Origin: Oopsacas minuta
Lineage: Eukaryota; Animalia; Porifera
Length of the DNA: 64,000 bases
Assembly: GCA_024704765.1 (NCBI GenBank)
Contig: JAKMXF010000302.1
Coordinates: forward strand, 248,001 to 312,000
Direction: 5' to 3'
In this document: one piece after another, positions 22,875 through 33,328 of the stretch
How the letters are laid out: the number at the start of each line of letters is the position of its first letter
Position numbering within the stretch: position 1 is the first letter of the stretch
The notes under the pieces: model-generated
Told to the model about the DNA's origin: nothing
What the model saw: the letters and a program-made list of their open reading frames with translations, nothing else
The model's database searches: none
Position numbers and translations under genes: made by a program

Positions 22875-23756
22875 TTACATACTAGGAGGACCGTACTTAT
22901 CTTTAAACTTGCGTAAGTTTTCATTTGTAAGTATTTGTTTACGTTCATGGAGAACATTATCTCTATCGTTCTTGGAGTTAGGCAATGTGGTTTGTCTTAT
23001 ATGCTGGCGGTGTTGGTTGTTTCGATTCGGTGCTTGGAAAGCGATAGAAGGATTTGTGACAGCTTCCTGTAAGACCTCCTCTATCCTACGACGAAACTCC
23101 TGGGTCATTTCTTGCTCCTGACGTCTCAGACTAGGATAAATACGAACTGTTATAAAGGTTATAGGAAAGTAGAAAAGAAAAATAAGATCTAAAATAGTTG
23201 AAGAAGGTAGCTTGACATAAGAGGGTAGAAGAGGATTGTAGGTCGTAATTGACATAGGATGAATTGCTTGATGCAGGAAGAAAGGCCATTCATCAAAATG
23301 GAAACTCTTATTCTCTCCAGTGATATGCAAGACAGGTCTAACTTCAATTCGCCGATTCAGAATCTTCTCAGCTTCATACCTAAGGCAAGTACTTTCACCA
23401 CAAGACACTTGACCGAACAACCATCCCATCATAAACTGTTTGGTATGTAGCACCATTACGGGCAGAGCTATACGTGACGCTATATGTGCTAAATGAGTGT
23501 CTCTATATGCTACAAACACCCGTGTGTTCTGTAAACGAGTCTCAAAGTTTTCTCGTTTGACATACATGCCAAGGAATACTGAAGTTACCCCGCGAATGAG
23601 ACGAGAAAGAAAGAATTCTTCTGGGAGTATACTCAACACGACACATGTCTGTATAGCCAAGAAGAAACGTGAAATGCATAGGATTATTCCCAATGGAGTG
23701 TATGCGATTAGAAGCGTAGTTTTAGCAACATTGAATAGAAATGCATAATCCTCCAT
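22875..23756 (-). CDS. AUP1: Ancient ubiquitous protein 1-like (lipid droplet/ERAD), short form
   Basis: N-terminal hairpin LLIAYTPLGIILCISRFFL, acyltransferase-like core (FDEWPF), and C-terminal G2BR-like LHERKQIL...RKFKDKY. Confidence 0.78.
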   Translation of the reverse strand: MEDYAFLFNVAKTTLLIAYTPLGIILCISRFFLAIQTCVVLSILPEEFFLSRLIRGVTSVFLGMYVKRENFETRLQNTRVFVAYRDTHLAHIASRIALPVMVLHTKQFMMGWLFGQVSCGESTCLRYEAEKILNRRIEVRPVLHITGENKSFHFDEWPFFLHQAIHPMSITTYNPLLPSYVKLPSSTILDLIFLFYFPITFITVRIYPSLRRQEQEMTQEFRRRIEEVLQEAVTNPSIAFQAPNRNNQHRQHIRQTTLPNSKNDRDNVLHERKQILTNENLRKFKDKYGPPSM

Positions 23757-24085
23757 CTTATTAGCAAATTATTAACTAAATTACAAATAATACAATTTAT
23801 AGCTTAATAATTCGAGCATGTGATTATCAAACTCATTAGCTATGTTGATGTTACTGATCACGTTTGGCTAAAGATTAATCCGGTGGAAAGCTTTTAGACT
23901 TTAAAGGCATTTCCAAAATAAAGAAAAGGTTTGTACAAAACAAATAATCACTACAATATACAAGCTTATAGTAGCTATACAACTATACTTTGTTTTCTAA
24001 GGAAATAACAGGTTTACAAAACAAACTAAGTCTGAGGGCTAATTGTCTTCCTAAGACATACATTAAGTACTATACATATAATACA

Positions 24086-27000
24086 TTAATCTTCCCACAG
24101 GTCATCACTATTTACTTTCATTTTACATGAGGGACATCCCGGTTTAATGCCTTGAGTAGTTTCGTAATAATGGCCATGTTTGCATTTATTCCATTCAGTG
24201 GTGTAACATGGGATCTTTCGTCTATAGCCTGTATCATAATGACAGATGGGAATAGATTGCTTGTATTTCCCTCTAACTTTGTACAGGAAATTCTCACAGA
24301 TTTGGAGTGTAGTTTCAGTATCTTCTTCAGAACAATGCTCTATTTTGTCAAACTTGGGTTTTAGGTCCAAGAATGATTTTTTGTCTTTTAAAGATAAAGA
24401 TCCAGGTGCTGTTGTCTTGAACATAATGTAGAGCGGACATTGTCTGTATATCTGTTTGAGGTGTACCATATTCATTTGTTCTTGCTTGGGAGTATATTGA
24501 ATTTTTTCGTCATAGAAGTATTTGAAGTGTTCGCACTGAATGAACCTGTTCAAAGGAGAATTATCAGCCCAGAGTTCAGCAGAGTAACCATCTGTATACA
24601 TATTTGTTAAAATATTAATTATTTCACTTATATTGTATAGAGTAGTGCAGTCACTGCTGCGTATTGCATTCTGAAAGCGATGTAGTGATTGAAAAATCGC
24701 GCAATAAACTGATTTAGTTAATAACGTATTGAGACTGGAGCACTTATCTAGGAGGATCTGTTTAGATTCTAAAGTAGTCTGATTCTTAATCTTATCAATG
24801 TTAGCTTGAGACGATATAACAATATCATGATACCGGAGAGAGGTTGAGATCCTAAGGGAACATTCATCTCTTGGACAACTCGGTATGTGTATTATTGAAT
24901 TATCCGTTAGAGTCTTCAAGTTGTTATCAAGTCCACTGACTTCGAATATATCTCCGCAATCAGGGAGAGTTATAAATGTAGAGTTTTGCTCTTTCTCTTC
25001 ACCGAAGTAAACCTCAAAACATTTCTGCCCCGGATTACATACACGACACACTGTAGGACAAGGCTCACCGCATAATCCTATACAAGAGTGTTTGCACTGT
25101 AGAGTTAATTTACATTTCCTAGTACAGTGAGGCATATTTGAGGATTCAAAACATTTCACAGGGAGAGAATGTAAACATTTTGATGGAATATTATTAGGAC
25201 ATCTTTTACATAAATCTCCACACAATAGCGTGCATTTAGAGTGAAAACATTCCCGTGAACACGGTTCAGTACAAGGAGGGCAATCAGCTGGTAAATGACA
25301 TGTGTATAGACATTTGTGTCCACATATTAATGTACGATTGCATAGCTTAGGACAAGCATTATGATTACCTCCATAACACATACCACAATATCCACTACAA
25401 TTATGTCCACACAAAAGAGTTGTATTACATTTGTGGTTACATGCATCATCTAATTCATCAATGTCTAAGCCACAAGCTATTCTCACAGGATGACCACATG
25501 GAGCTTGTTTATCTAAGATAAAAGTGCAAAATACTGAAGCACAGTCCTCACCACATTTCCCAGGACAAGGGTGACTACATGGTAACGTCCGTGTACAGAG
25601 TAATTGACATTCAGATGCATCGTGTGTACCTGGATGACATAGTTTAGTGCATAAATGGGAGCAGGGGAGAGGGAGATGACAAAGAAGATCACATCCTCCG
25701 TGTTTGATATTCTTAAAATCCTCACTAGTACTAACTAATGTTACTGTCTCTTTATGTCTATCACAACACAGTGGGAGAGCATAACCTAGAGATTCTATCT
25801 CACTAAAACGATGGAGAATTCTCCTCCAGAGGTCGTGTGCTGTATTTTCACTTGCAACTCTAAGACACTCTTCATTACCAATAATATAGAATCCCTCTCT
25901 TGCCCTGGAGAAAGCAACACACACTCTGTTATCAACTTTACAATGTCCAATGTAACACTCCTCATTACCACGGACTACAGATAAGATAATAATTTTATTC
26001 TCTTCTCCCTGATACTTGTCAATAGTTCTTATCTTTACGTCAATATCCTCATCCTCTTTTTCCATTAGATCTTTCAACAAAGCTCTCTGTCCATTATAAA
26101 ACGTTAGAATAGTGATTTCTTCCTCGCTATATCCTTGCTTGAGTAAGTATAAAGCTAGCTGTACTACGAATTTAGCTTCATATATATTTGTTCTACTGAA
26201 GGAGCCCTCACATAACTCATCTTCAAATACGTCATGCGAAATGAAGAATGTATTCTTCGTGACACCGCTAACAGGCTTAAAATCTTTCACTTTTTCATAG
26301 TCAGTTAAATTAGGGTATATTAATCGCATATTGTTAGCAATCTCTGGTCTCATCCTGTGCTGACAATCTAGAGTAATGTGTGCTACCTTATTATCAATTA
26401 ATCTCTCAAAAAGAGACATATTTATATTATAGAGCTGAGCTAAATGGTAAACAGCATTAGAAGGCCGTAACTGTTGATGGTCTCCTATCATGATCAAGTG
26501 TTCTACGTGTTCAGATAAACTGGTTAAAATGTGAGCTTCCAGGACCTCGGCTGCCTCCTCAACTACAATAACTCTAGGTTCTAGTCTCTTTATCAATTTA
26601 GCATTCTTAGCTGCCCCGGTCGTTGTCATGCCAATTAATGCAGCTGTTTTGAGATAGTATAAGTCTACCTGATTACTGATAGCTTGTGATTCCTTAGCCC
26701 GAGCAAAATACTGATCAGCATAACTCTTCAGAACAAGACCTAATGTATTGACATAACGCTCTAGCCAATACTTAGATAGCAGTACACGATTAGTATGACT
26801 CAATTTCCATATATTCTCCTCATTCAATACTTCTTCCGGTACTTTTGTAGAAGTATCAATGGTGTTAACTGCCTCTTTAAATTTTATAGCAGCTTCATTG
26901 AGAGCTTCCTTATCTTTCTGATCTAATACACCTTCATCAGCATAAACAGGATTAGTATTGTACTCTAATTCATCGTCATAATAATCGTACATATCTTCAT

Positions 27001-29335
27001 CATCAATACCATATTTTTTCGGGAGTTTTACTACTTTAGTTGCAGCAATAATTGGCTCAATAGTTTTATCGCTCTGCTTAATTTCAGACCTAAGGTCCAG
27101 GTAGTCGATTCGCCTCTCTAGAGTCTGATACTTGTCAGTAATATTGACTTCATCAGGAATTGTGAGGTCCTTCCCTGCTACTAAACTAAAAGGATTTTCA
27201 GATTCTGGGATATTCTTTGCTACAGGCTTCTCAGGTATCAAAGGAGTTCCCAATTGTGACAGCCATAATTCCACTATATCATCAGGTGAAGGAAGATAAG
27301 ATGGCTTGTCACTGAGTAAACTTTTGTAGTGTTGAGGTGATAGTACATTCTTCAATTGATCGGGAGTTAGTTGTAGGATATTTGTAGCGTTTTTAAGCTC
27401 AGAAGCGTAAGCTTCAATCACTCGTGTTCTTGCTTCTAATTCTTGTTTCACTTCCCAATATTCCTTCTTGTATTTTCTTAGTTCATCAGTGATCTTCGAT
27501 TTTTTATCGAAAGCAAATTTTTTCATTTCGAAGAGTGTTTTCGTTTTAACTTTTTCACTCTCGCTTCTAGAACCGATACGAATAACATTTTCTTCTACTT
27601 CCATGATTAATTCTAGAAACTGATCTAATGCATGATTAGAGTGTGTAATTACTAAAATAGGGCGTTTGCAAATACTTTCATCAAGTAGTTTGTCGTAGTG
27701 ACGAGCATTTAATTCCCTTTTACGAGTCCTAAGGAGTATCTTGACAATTTCTAGACCCACAGTCGTCTTTCCTGTACCAGGTGGACCCTGTATTAGAGCG
27801 AGCCGCTTTGTAAAAGCAAGTTTCACAGCACTGAATTGACTCTCATTCAACTTATTAGTAGGAGGCCAATCACATAGAACTTTAACTCTGTTAGAATGCT
27901 CTGGTAATAAATCACCGAATTCTAGCATAGTTTCCTCATCGATATATTTAGGAGGATCACAGTTCAAAGTTTTACCGAGGAGAATTTCCTCAAAAGGCAT
28001 TTTAAAATCTTCATTAATCTCCTGCAAACACGTTAACACGTGGAAATAAGCTTCAAAGTATACTTCTCTTGATTCAACCATAAAATAATCTGTGTCGAAT
28101 TTGAAATTATGCTCGAATCCGCTTTCGAATTTGATTGAAACAATTCTTGTACTTTTGACCTTTTCTTCGTCACTATGGGTCACAACAGCCCATAAGGGAT
28201 TTTCGAAAGTTGGGTAGCCTTTAGCGTTTTTCTGAGAGATGCATACAAGGTTTCCATATTTGAGACGTGAAGAATTACCCCAGTCAAAATTCATCATATC
28301 TTTGATACCATACGGGTTGAATGATATTGTATATATCATACCATGTTTATGATCCGTTGTTATGGACTGGAGCTTAACATTATCATAGGTGTATAATTCA
28401 GTCCCGAAGTTAATGTCCAAATCCATTAAGTGTCTTATGGCTATTTTGAGTGGATATACCATGTCTTCTCTTAGCAGTTTAAAGTGTATATCAAGATAAG
28501 TCTCCAAATCAGCATAATCTCCTTCTTTAATTAACGCTCTGAGATGTACATTACTGTCTGTCTTAATTTCCTGATAAGTTGGGAAGATTGGAATGCATCT
28601 AAATGGTCGCCCGTAATCTTTAACATCCTCCTGATCATCACTCTCGGATTCATCTTCTACCTTAGACTTAACCTGCTCAACGTCTCTAAGAGCAGCTTCT
28701 ACCTTAGTTAGCAAGGTGAATAGTTCAACAACAGCCTCTTTATCTTGAGGGCCAAATTCCTCACTAGCTGCCACCTCATCATTAAGAAGCACAATACAAT
28801 TGGATAGGTTCTTATACTCATTATGGTATTTATTTAGTAGTGTTCTCAACAGCTGTACTGTCCAATTTATAGACGTTATACAAATTTTAAGATCCTGGCG
28901 GCTAATTCGATTCTTCATATCCTCAAAGTTGTTACGAATAAATTTCAGAATATTGTATTTAGACTTGAATAAGGGTGTGTTTGGTAACTTACCGTAAATA
29001 ACGTTAATCTTATGCACTGTTTGAGGAGTTTCATTAGTAAAATGTGAATGAGTGAATATCTCTACTAAGTTACGTATGTCAGACATCTGTAGTTTAGCTG
29101 AGTTGATTAGCTTCTCTAGATCAGATTTTTGTTCTGTCATGAAGTTAATTAGGAGACTAGGGTCTTCATTGCGCGAGAGTTTGTTACATTCCTTCAGGTA
29201 ATCCCCGTATCCAGGTACAACCTCTTGTTGTTTTCTATCACGTTCATATCTGGATCTTCTACCTCCCCTACGAGGAGGATTTGTTGACAGCTCAGGAGCA
29301 CTGTGTAACCATTCTCTAAAGCTTTTTTCTGCCAT
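24086..29335 (-). CDS. ZNFX1: ZNFX1-like SF1 (Upf1-type) RNA helicase with NF-X1 zinc fingers, paralog A, 1749 aa, intronless
   Basis: YLDIHFKLLREDM, IQGPPGTGKT, VEEAAEVLEAH, IGDHQQLRP, SLFERL, QHRMRP, IDKYQGEE, VAFSRAR, CxH..CxG.CG repeats, degenerate RZ finger. Confidence 0.93.
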   Translation of the reverse strand: MAEKSFREWLHSAPELSTNPPRRGGRRSRYERDRKQQEVVPGYGDYLKECNKLSRNEDPSLLINFMTEQKSDLEKLINSAKLQMSDIRNLVEIFTHSHFTNETPQTVHKINVIYGKLPNTPLFKSKYNILKFIRNNFEDMKNRISRQDLKICITSINWTVQLLRTLLNKYHNEYKNLSNCIVLLNDEVAASEEFGPQDKEAVVELFTLLTKVEAALRDVEQVKSKVEDESESDDQEDVKDYGRPFRCIPIFPTYQEIKTDSNVHLRALIKEGDYADLETYLDIHFKLLREDMVYPLKIAIRHLMDLDINFGTELYTYDNVKLQSITTDHKHGMIYTISFNPYGIKDMMNFDWGNSSRLKYGNLVCISQKNAKGYPTFENPLWAVVTHSDEEKVKSTRIVSIKFESGFEHNFKFDTDYFMVESREVYFEAYFHVLTCLQEINEDFKMPFEEILLGKTLNCDPPKYIDEETMLEFGDLLPEHSNRVKVLCDWPPTNKLNESQFSAVKLAFTKRLALIQGPPGTGKTTVGLEIVKILLRTRKRELNARHYDKLLDESICKRPILVITHSNHALDQFLELIMEVEENVIRIGSRSESEKVKTKTLFEMKKFAFDKKSKITDELRKYKKEYWEVKQELEARTRVIEAYASELKNATNILQLTPDQLKNVLSPQHYKSLLSDKPSYLPSPDDIVELWLSQLGTPLIPEKPVAKNIPESENPFSLVAGKDLTIPDEVNITDKYQTLERRIDYLDLRSEIKQSDKTIEPIIAATKVVKLPKKYGIDDEDMYDYYDDELEYNTNPVYADEGVLDQKDKEALNEAAIKFKEAVNTIDTSTKVPEEVLNEENIWKLSHTNRVLLSKYWLERYVNTLGLVLKSYADQYFARAKESQAISNQVDLYYLKTAALIGMTTTGAAKNAKLIKRLEPRVIVVEEAAEVLEAHILTSLSEHVEHLIMIGDHQQLRPSNAVYHLAQLYNINMSLFERLIDNKVAHITLDCQHRMRPEIANNMRLIYPNLTDYEKVKDFKPVSGVTKNTFFISHDVFEDELCEGSFSRTNIYEAKFVVQLALYLLKQGYSEEEITILTFYNGQRALLKDLMEKEDEDIDVKIRTIDKYQGEENKIIILSVVRGNEECYIGHCKVDNRVCVAFSRAREGFYIIGNEECLRVASENTAHDLWRRILHRFSEIESLGYALPLCCDRHKETVTLVSTSEDFKNIKHGGCDLLCHLPLPCSHLCTKLCHPGTHDASECQLLCTRTLPCSHPCPGKCGEDCASVFCTFILDKQAPCGHPVRIACGLDIDELDDACNHKCNTTLLCGHNCSGYCGMCYGGNHNACPKLCNRTLICGHKCLYTCHLPADCPPCTEPCSRECFHSKCTLLCGDLCKRCPNNIPSKCLHSLPVKCFESSNMPHCTRKCKLTLQCKHSCIGLCGEPCPTVCRVCNPGQKCFEVYFGEEKEQNSTFITLPDCGDIFEVSGLDNNLKTLTDNSIIHIPSCPRDECSLRISTSLRYHDIVISSQANIDKIKNQTTLESKQILLDKCSSLNTLLTKSVYCAIFQSLHRFQNAIRSSDCTTLYNISEIINILTNMYTDGYSAELWADNSPLNRFIQCEHFKYFYDEKIQYTPKQEQMNMVHLKQIYRQCPLYIMFKTTAPGSLSLKDKKSFLDLKPKFDKIEHCSEEDTETTLQICENFLYKVRGKYKQSIPICHYDTGYRRKIPCYTTEWNKCKHGHYYETTQGIKPGCPSCKMKVNSDDLWED

Positions 29336-29583
29336 GCTAGCTTAATTGTATTCAGTTCCTAATTAAACATTTGGATATGTATTGAGCATAATAGTCTACC
29401 AAAAGCCAAATAATTACAATAGTTATTGAAAAACAAATTAATTTTGAATCCTCACTAACAAACTGCAAAATGAATATATATATATATACCAGGAATACTA
29501 AAATACAAATAGTGTAAAAGGCTTAGTCCTACTAGCTTACAATTGAATAAATAATCACACAAGCAAATTCAGTTAAACAGACC

Positions 29584-30870
29584 TCAATGCTTAGCTGGAT
29601 CAGTTCCATGATGAATATGTATTGAATCCGTGTTGTTAGAAACGTATTTGATCACTTTACCAGGTTTAGGATTCTCTCTCAGCAAATACTCAGTCAGGTC
29701 TACTCCCATGGACTTCAGTAGCTTGTAGTGACGAAGTTTATGTTCATACTTAGCCCATTCATTATTCATATATGAGTCATGAACTTCCTTTTCCTGTCTT
29801 AAATTCTCTGTGAGAGATTTCTTCGCGAGTTCGATGCTTAGCCCCAATTCTTGCTTCTTAATTTCAAACGCGTTTTTCATCTGCTCCACTTCCACTTTCT
29901 TCTCCAACTCAAGTTTTTGTTTCTCAGCCAAAAGTTGAGTTTCTTCCTGCTTTTGTGTGTTCACTTCTTTTTCTCTAGTCAGTCTTAAATTGTTGCGATT
30001 ACTGACAGCTTGATCATGAATGTTCTGTAGCTTATCATCAGCTTTAAATCCACGGTAGATAACCTTACTTATCAAGAAGCCCATTCGCTTAGCACGTGAA
30101 ACAAGATTAGGAAAACTATCAAGGTTATTCAGGGCATTAGCAGCGTCTACGAATTCCTCATAGGTTACCTTTGCCAAGAAAGTGATTGTATCTGAAGACA
30201 CAGCATTAATAATGTCAGCAATAGGATCAGCTGTTTGTTTTAACATCACATTCACTTCTCTCAGCTCATAGAAAATCATCAGTTTAATCCGGATAAGGGC
30301 GTCATCTTTAGTACGAGCATCATTAACGTTAAAGTACATCTGATCCGGAATTATCTTCAAAACCTACAGAGGATAACAAGAAATAAATAATATTCTATAA
30401 TTTACAAATATCTAACATACAGTGAATTTGTTGAGATTAGGTTTATAATCTGTCTTATTCTCCTGAGTTGGTCCATGCCAGGAGAAGCTATGCAACCACT
30501 CATCAGCTGTTGGTAGAAATAGGGTCGGTCCATAGACAACTCTCTGTTCCACTTCATCTGACTCAGAGATCTGTTTGTATACCACTAAAGCTGAGCTAGC
30601 ATCAAGTGCGATACCATCTTTACATACGATGTAATTATGTATTATAGGATTGAAGAATATCAAAGAAGGCCCTGGCACATGTCTCACATCCCCGCTCAAC
30701 TCTTCAATGTATATATACTGTCTTTCTGATGCAGCAGAAGGATTCAATCTTTCAAAACTTTTCCTGAAAGCATTCACATAGTTAGGTCCTTCGATTATAT
30801 GAGTACGACCAGTTCCCTTTTCACGTACCAAGTATTGCTCTCGGGTAGGTATTGTTTTGAAAAGAGGCAT
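29584..30870 (-). CDS. Major-vault-protein-like / SPFH (band 7) coiled-coil protein, 2 exons (30870-30421, 30363-29584)
   Basis: Three N-terminal beta-rich repeats ending in (I/V)xGP (IIEGP, HVPGP, VVYGP), WLHSFSWHG, an SPFH-like region (DARTKDDALIRIKLMIFYEL...GFLISKVIYRG), then a long coiled coil. A 57-nt phase-0 intron joins the two ORFs. Confidence 0.7.
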
Positions 30871-30952
30871 AATTATCCCAGAAAATATACTCTAATATCT
30901 AGCAAAGAATAATTTTAATAACTATATACTCAATAACAAATAGAAATTATTA

Positions 30953-31561
30953 TTATTTAGACTGTAAATCTATTGTATCAAATTTGAAATAAACCTCATT
31001 CAACCTTTGCTGGATTTTATCCCATTCAGCTGCTAGTTCCTCACAGGTTACATCACCTTCTACATAATTATTACAAAGTTTATCAAAATCATTTAAAGTA
31101 TTGGAAGCTAACTTTTCAGCTGTAGAACTTATACATCTGAGTTGCTTAGCGACCAGACGTGGAGGTTTCTCCTCTAGTAAAGCCATAGCCCCGCTCATCA
31201 AACTGACTAAATTAGCTCTACCTAACCGGACACTTTTCTTGTAATCCTCAACACAGTCTAAGGTCTTCGGACAGCAACCTTGCCAGACATTAAGCTCGTT
31301 AACACGACGGTACATGGGAACTTCGTCTGGGAAAATGAAATGATTCGGATTTGATGGGTTCAAATCATTTAGGTTTTCAATCTTTTCGAGTTGTTCAATG
31401 AAATTATTTGCACCTGAATCTTCAGGTACAAGAATGTTACTAGAATTCTTTCTTAATTTAATTTTCGCTAATGAAACCCTGCGGATAGATTTCAGTAATT
31501 CAAGACGAACAATGGATAATTTTTTGTTAAATATTCTTCTTTGATAAAGTAGCTTCGCCAT
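30953..31561 (-). CDS. Unknown, likely helical protein (~200 aa)
   Basis: Stop-free ORF with normal composition, co-oriented with its neighbours. No motif recognised. Confidence 0.55.
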   Translation of the reverse strand: MAKLLYQRRIFNKKLSIVRLELLKSIRRVSLAKIKLRKNSSNILVPEDSGANNFIEQLEKIENLNDLNPSNPNHFIFPDEVPMYRRVNELNVWQGCCPKTLDCVEDYKKSVRLGRANLVSLMSGAMALLEEKPPRLVAKQLRCISSTAEKLASNTLNDFDKLCNNYVEGDVTCEELAAEWDKIQQRLNEVYFKFDTIDLQSK

Positions 31562-32351
31562 TATGTTGTTCAAACGTTATGTTTAATCGGTTAACTATTA
31601 AGCTTCCTATTTATATATTACCATGAAGGTCACGATGTTATTCATCTAACCGATAGAAATTATAAACTCAGACTTTCTTAAATAAACAGCTAGAACATAT
31701 TGAAAGGGCTCATACACAAAATCCATAGAATTATAGTATAATGTTACACAATGTAGCCACGTGTCAATTATAATAGATATGTCAGGTTGTTGTGTTTTAG
31801 GTAATATAATCTGAGAGCGTCAGTTATAGCCTGGATGAACAAATAATTAAATTTATGATTTAATTAATTCAGACGTAACAAGTGTTATAGTAATGTAAAT
31901 CAGTAATTGAACAATAGGACAATAGGTGTATGAATAGCAAACATTACTACATCAAATTGTAATCTCTCTAAATTAGATCAATTGCAAACATACGTCACCT
32001 ATAAAAACTTATCGTTGGGTAAATTATCTCAGATTCGCATAATTAAATATATTTATTGCGTATTGCAGCTCTGATATCTCCTGGAATACAGAGATATTTA
32101 TTAATATTTTTAGGATGACACAAAAAATTGTCTTTGACCGAATACGGTCGGAAAATGTGTGATTTTATGGCTTCATCAAGGTGTGAAATGGTAAAATTTT
32201 AGTGTTCCTTTTCATTTTTTCAGCTGTAATCGGTTTATCAAGTTTGTTATGCGAGATGAACGTCAATAACCAATACATTCCCTACCTATAAATTATGTTG
32301 TGTTCTGTATCTCACTAACTAGATACTTATCCTTGTAATACCGTATACAGA

Positions 32352-33242
32352 ATGGCCACCCACAGTTCCCAAACACCTTTGAATACAAATCATGGGTTCA
32401 TTGTGTTTGATTTGGAAACAGATGGACTAATACATAAATCAGGCTATGGAGAAACTATGATCCCTCAAATCCTACAAATTGGATTCGCTCCGTTAGAAAA
32501 ACTAGCTCATAAAATGAATGTAACGAGTTACTACGCACAGCCTATGAATCCAACAGAATTTCTAGATAAACTAAGTAAAACCCACATGTTACAGAAATAT
32601 TATATCGGATACAATTATGGGTATTACAGCCTAAAAACGGGGGAAAAGGTGAAAGCCAATCCACTAAGGATCTGCATAGATAACTTGATAGCTTGGAAAA
32701 AATATTATTATAAAGATCAGCCAGTTTTCCTTATAGCTCACCATGGGATCAAGTTTGATAAAGTTGTGTTTGAATATAATCTAAACAAGCTAAATCTCCA
32801 AGATTATTTTGAGTCTAAAATGAACTTAGTAGGCTGGATAGATTCACTGCAATTAATACGAGAATTGCCTGATATTTTACGTGAACTCGGCTATGGATTA
32901 CCTCGAGAAATGACAGAGTCAGAAAAATGGGTTATAATTAAAAAAAATACTCCATTTAGCCTAAGTAACCTAATTCTTGCATTAGCTAAGCGATATGCAG
33001 AGCTAACCGCGGTTCAAACCAAACTTGAATGGCCAATCTTTGATTTATCTCTGCAAAGAAGCAAGGAAGAGGAAGAATGGCAACATTATTTCACCAAAGA
33101 GTCGATGATACACTCATACAGAATACTAATAAGTAAACTCAACCCACACAACGCGAGTGATGACGTAATGGCTTTAGTATGTATATTACATCATCTAAAT
33201 CTATATCCTAAAATTAAGAAGATGGTCTTAGAGATGTTATAA
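32352..33242 (+). CDS. DEDDh 3'-5' exonuclease, TREX/Plex-like, intronless
   Basis: ExoI VFDLETDG, ExoII IAHHGIKFD, WIDSL, FSLSNL, ExoIII HNASDDVMAL. All catalytic D/E/D/H/D positions are present. Confidence 0.88.
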   Translation: MATHSSQTPLNTNHGFIVFDLETDGLIHKSGYGETMIPQILQIGFAPLEKLAHKMNVTSYYAQPMNPTEFLDKLSKTHMLQKYYIGYNYGYYSLKTGEKVKANPLRICIDNLIAWKKYYYKDQPVFLIAHHGIKFDKVVFEYNLNKLNLQDYFESKMNLVGWIDSLQLIRELPDILRELGYGLPREMTESEKWVIIKKNTPFSLSNLILALAKRYAELTAVQTKLEWPIFDLSLQRSKEEEEWQHYFTKESMIHSYRILISKLNPHNASDDVMALVCILHHLNLYPKIKKMVLEML

Positions 33243-33328
33243 CACATGTTAGCTGGTTACTAAACCCATTACGTCATTTCAAATATTTTGCATATTACTA
33301 CATTTTTTACAAATAAAATAATTAAATT

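Noticed and set aside
32070-32150. Short hairpins (ATATCTC/GAGATAT; GACCG-AATA-CGGTC) upstream of the exonuclease as transposon ends
   Set aside because: Stems of 5-7 bp are expected by chance, and no target-site duplication or matching second end was found.
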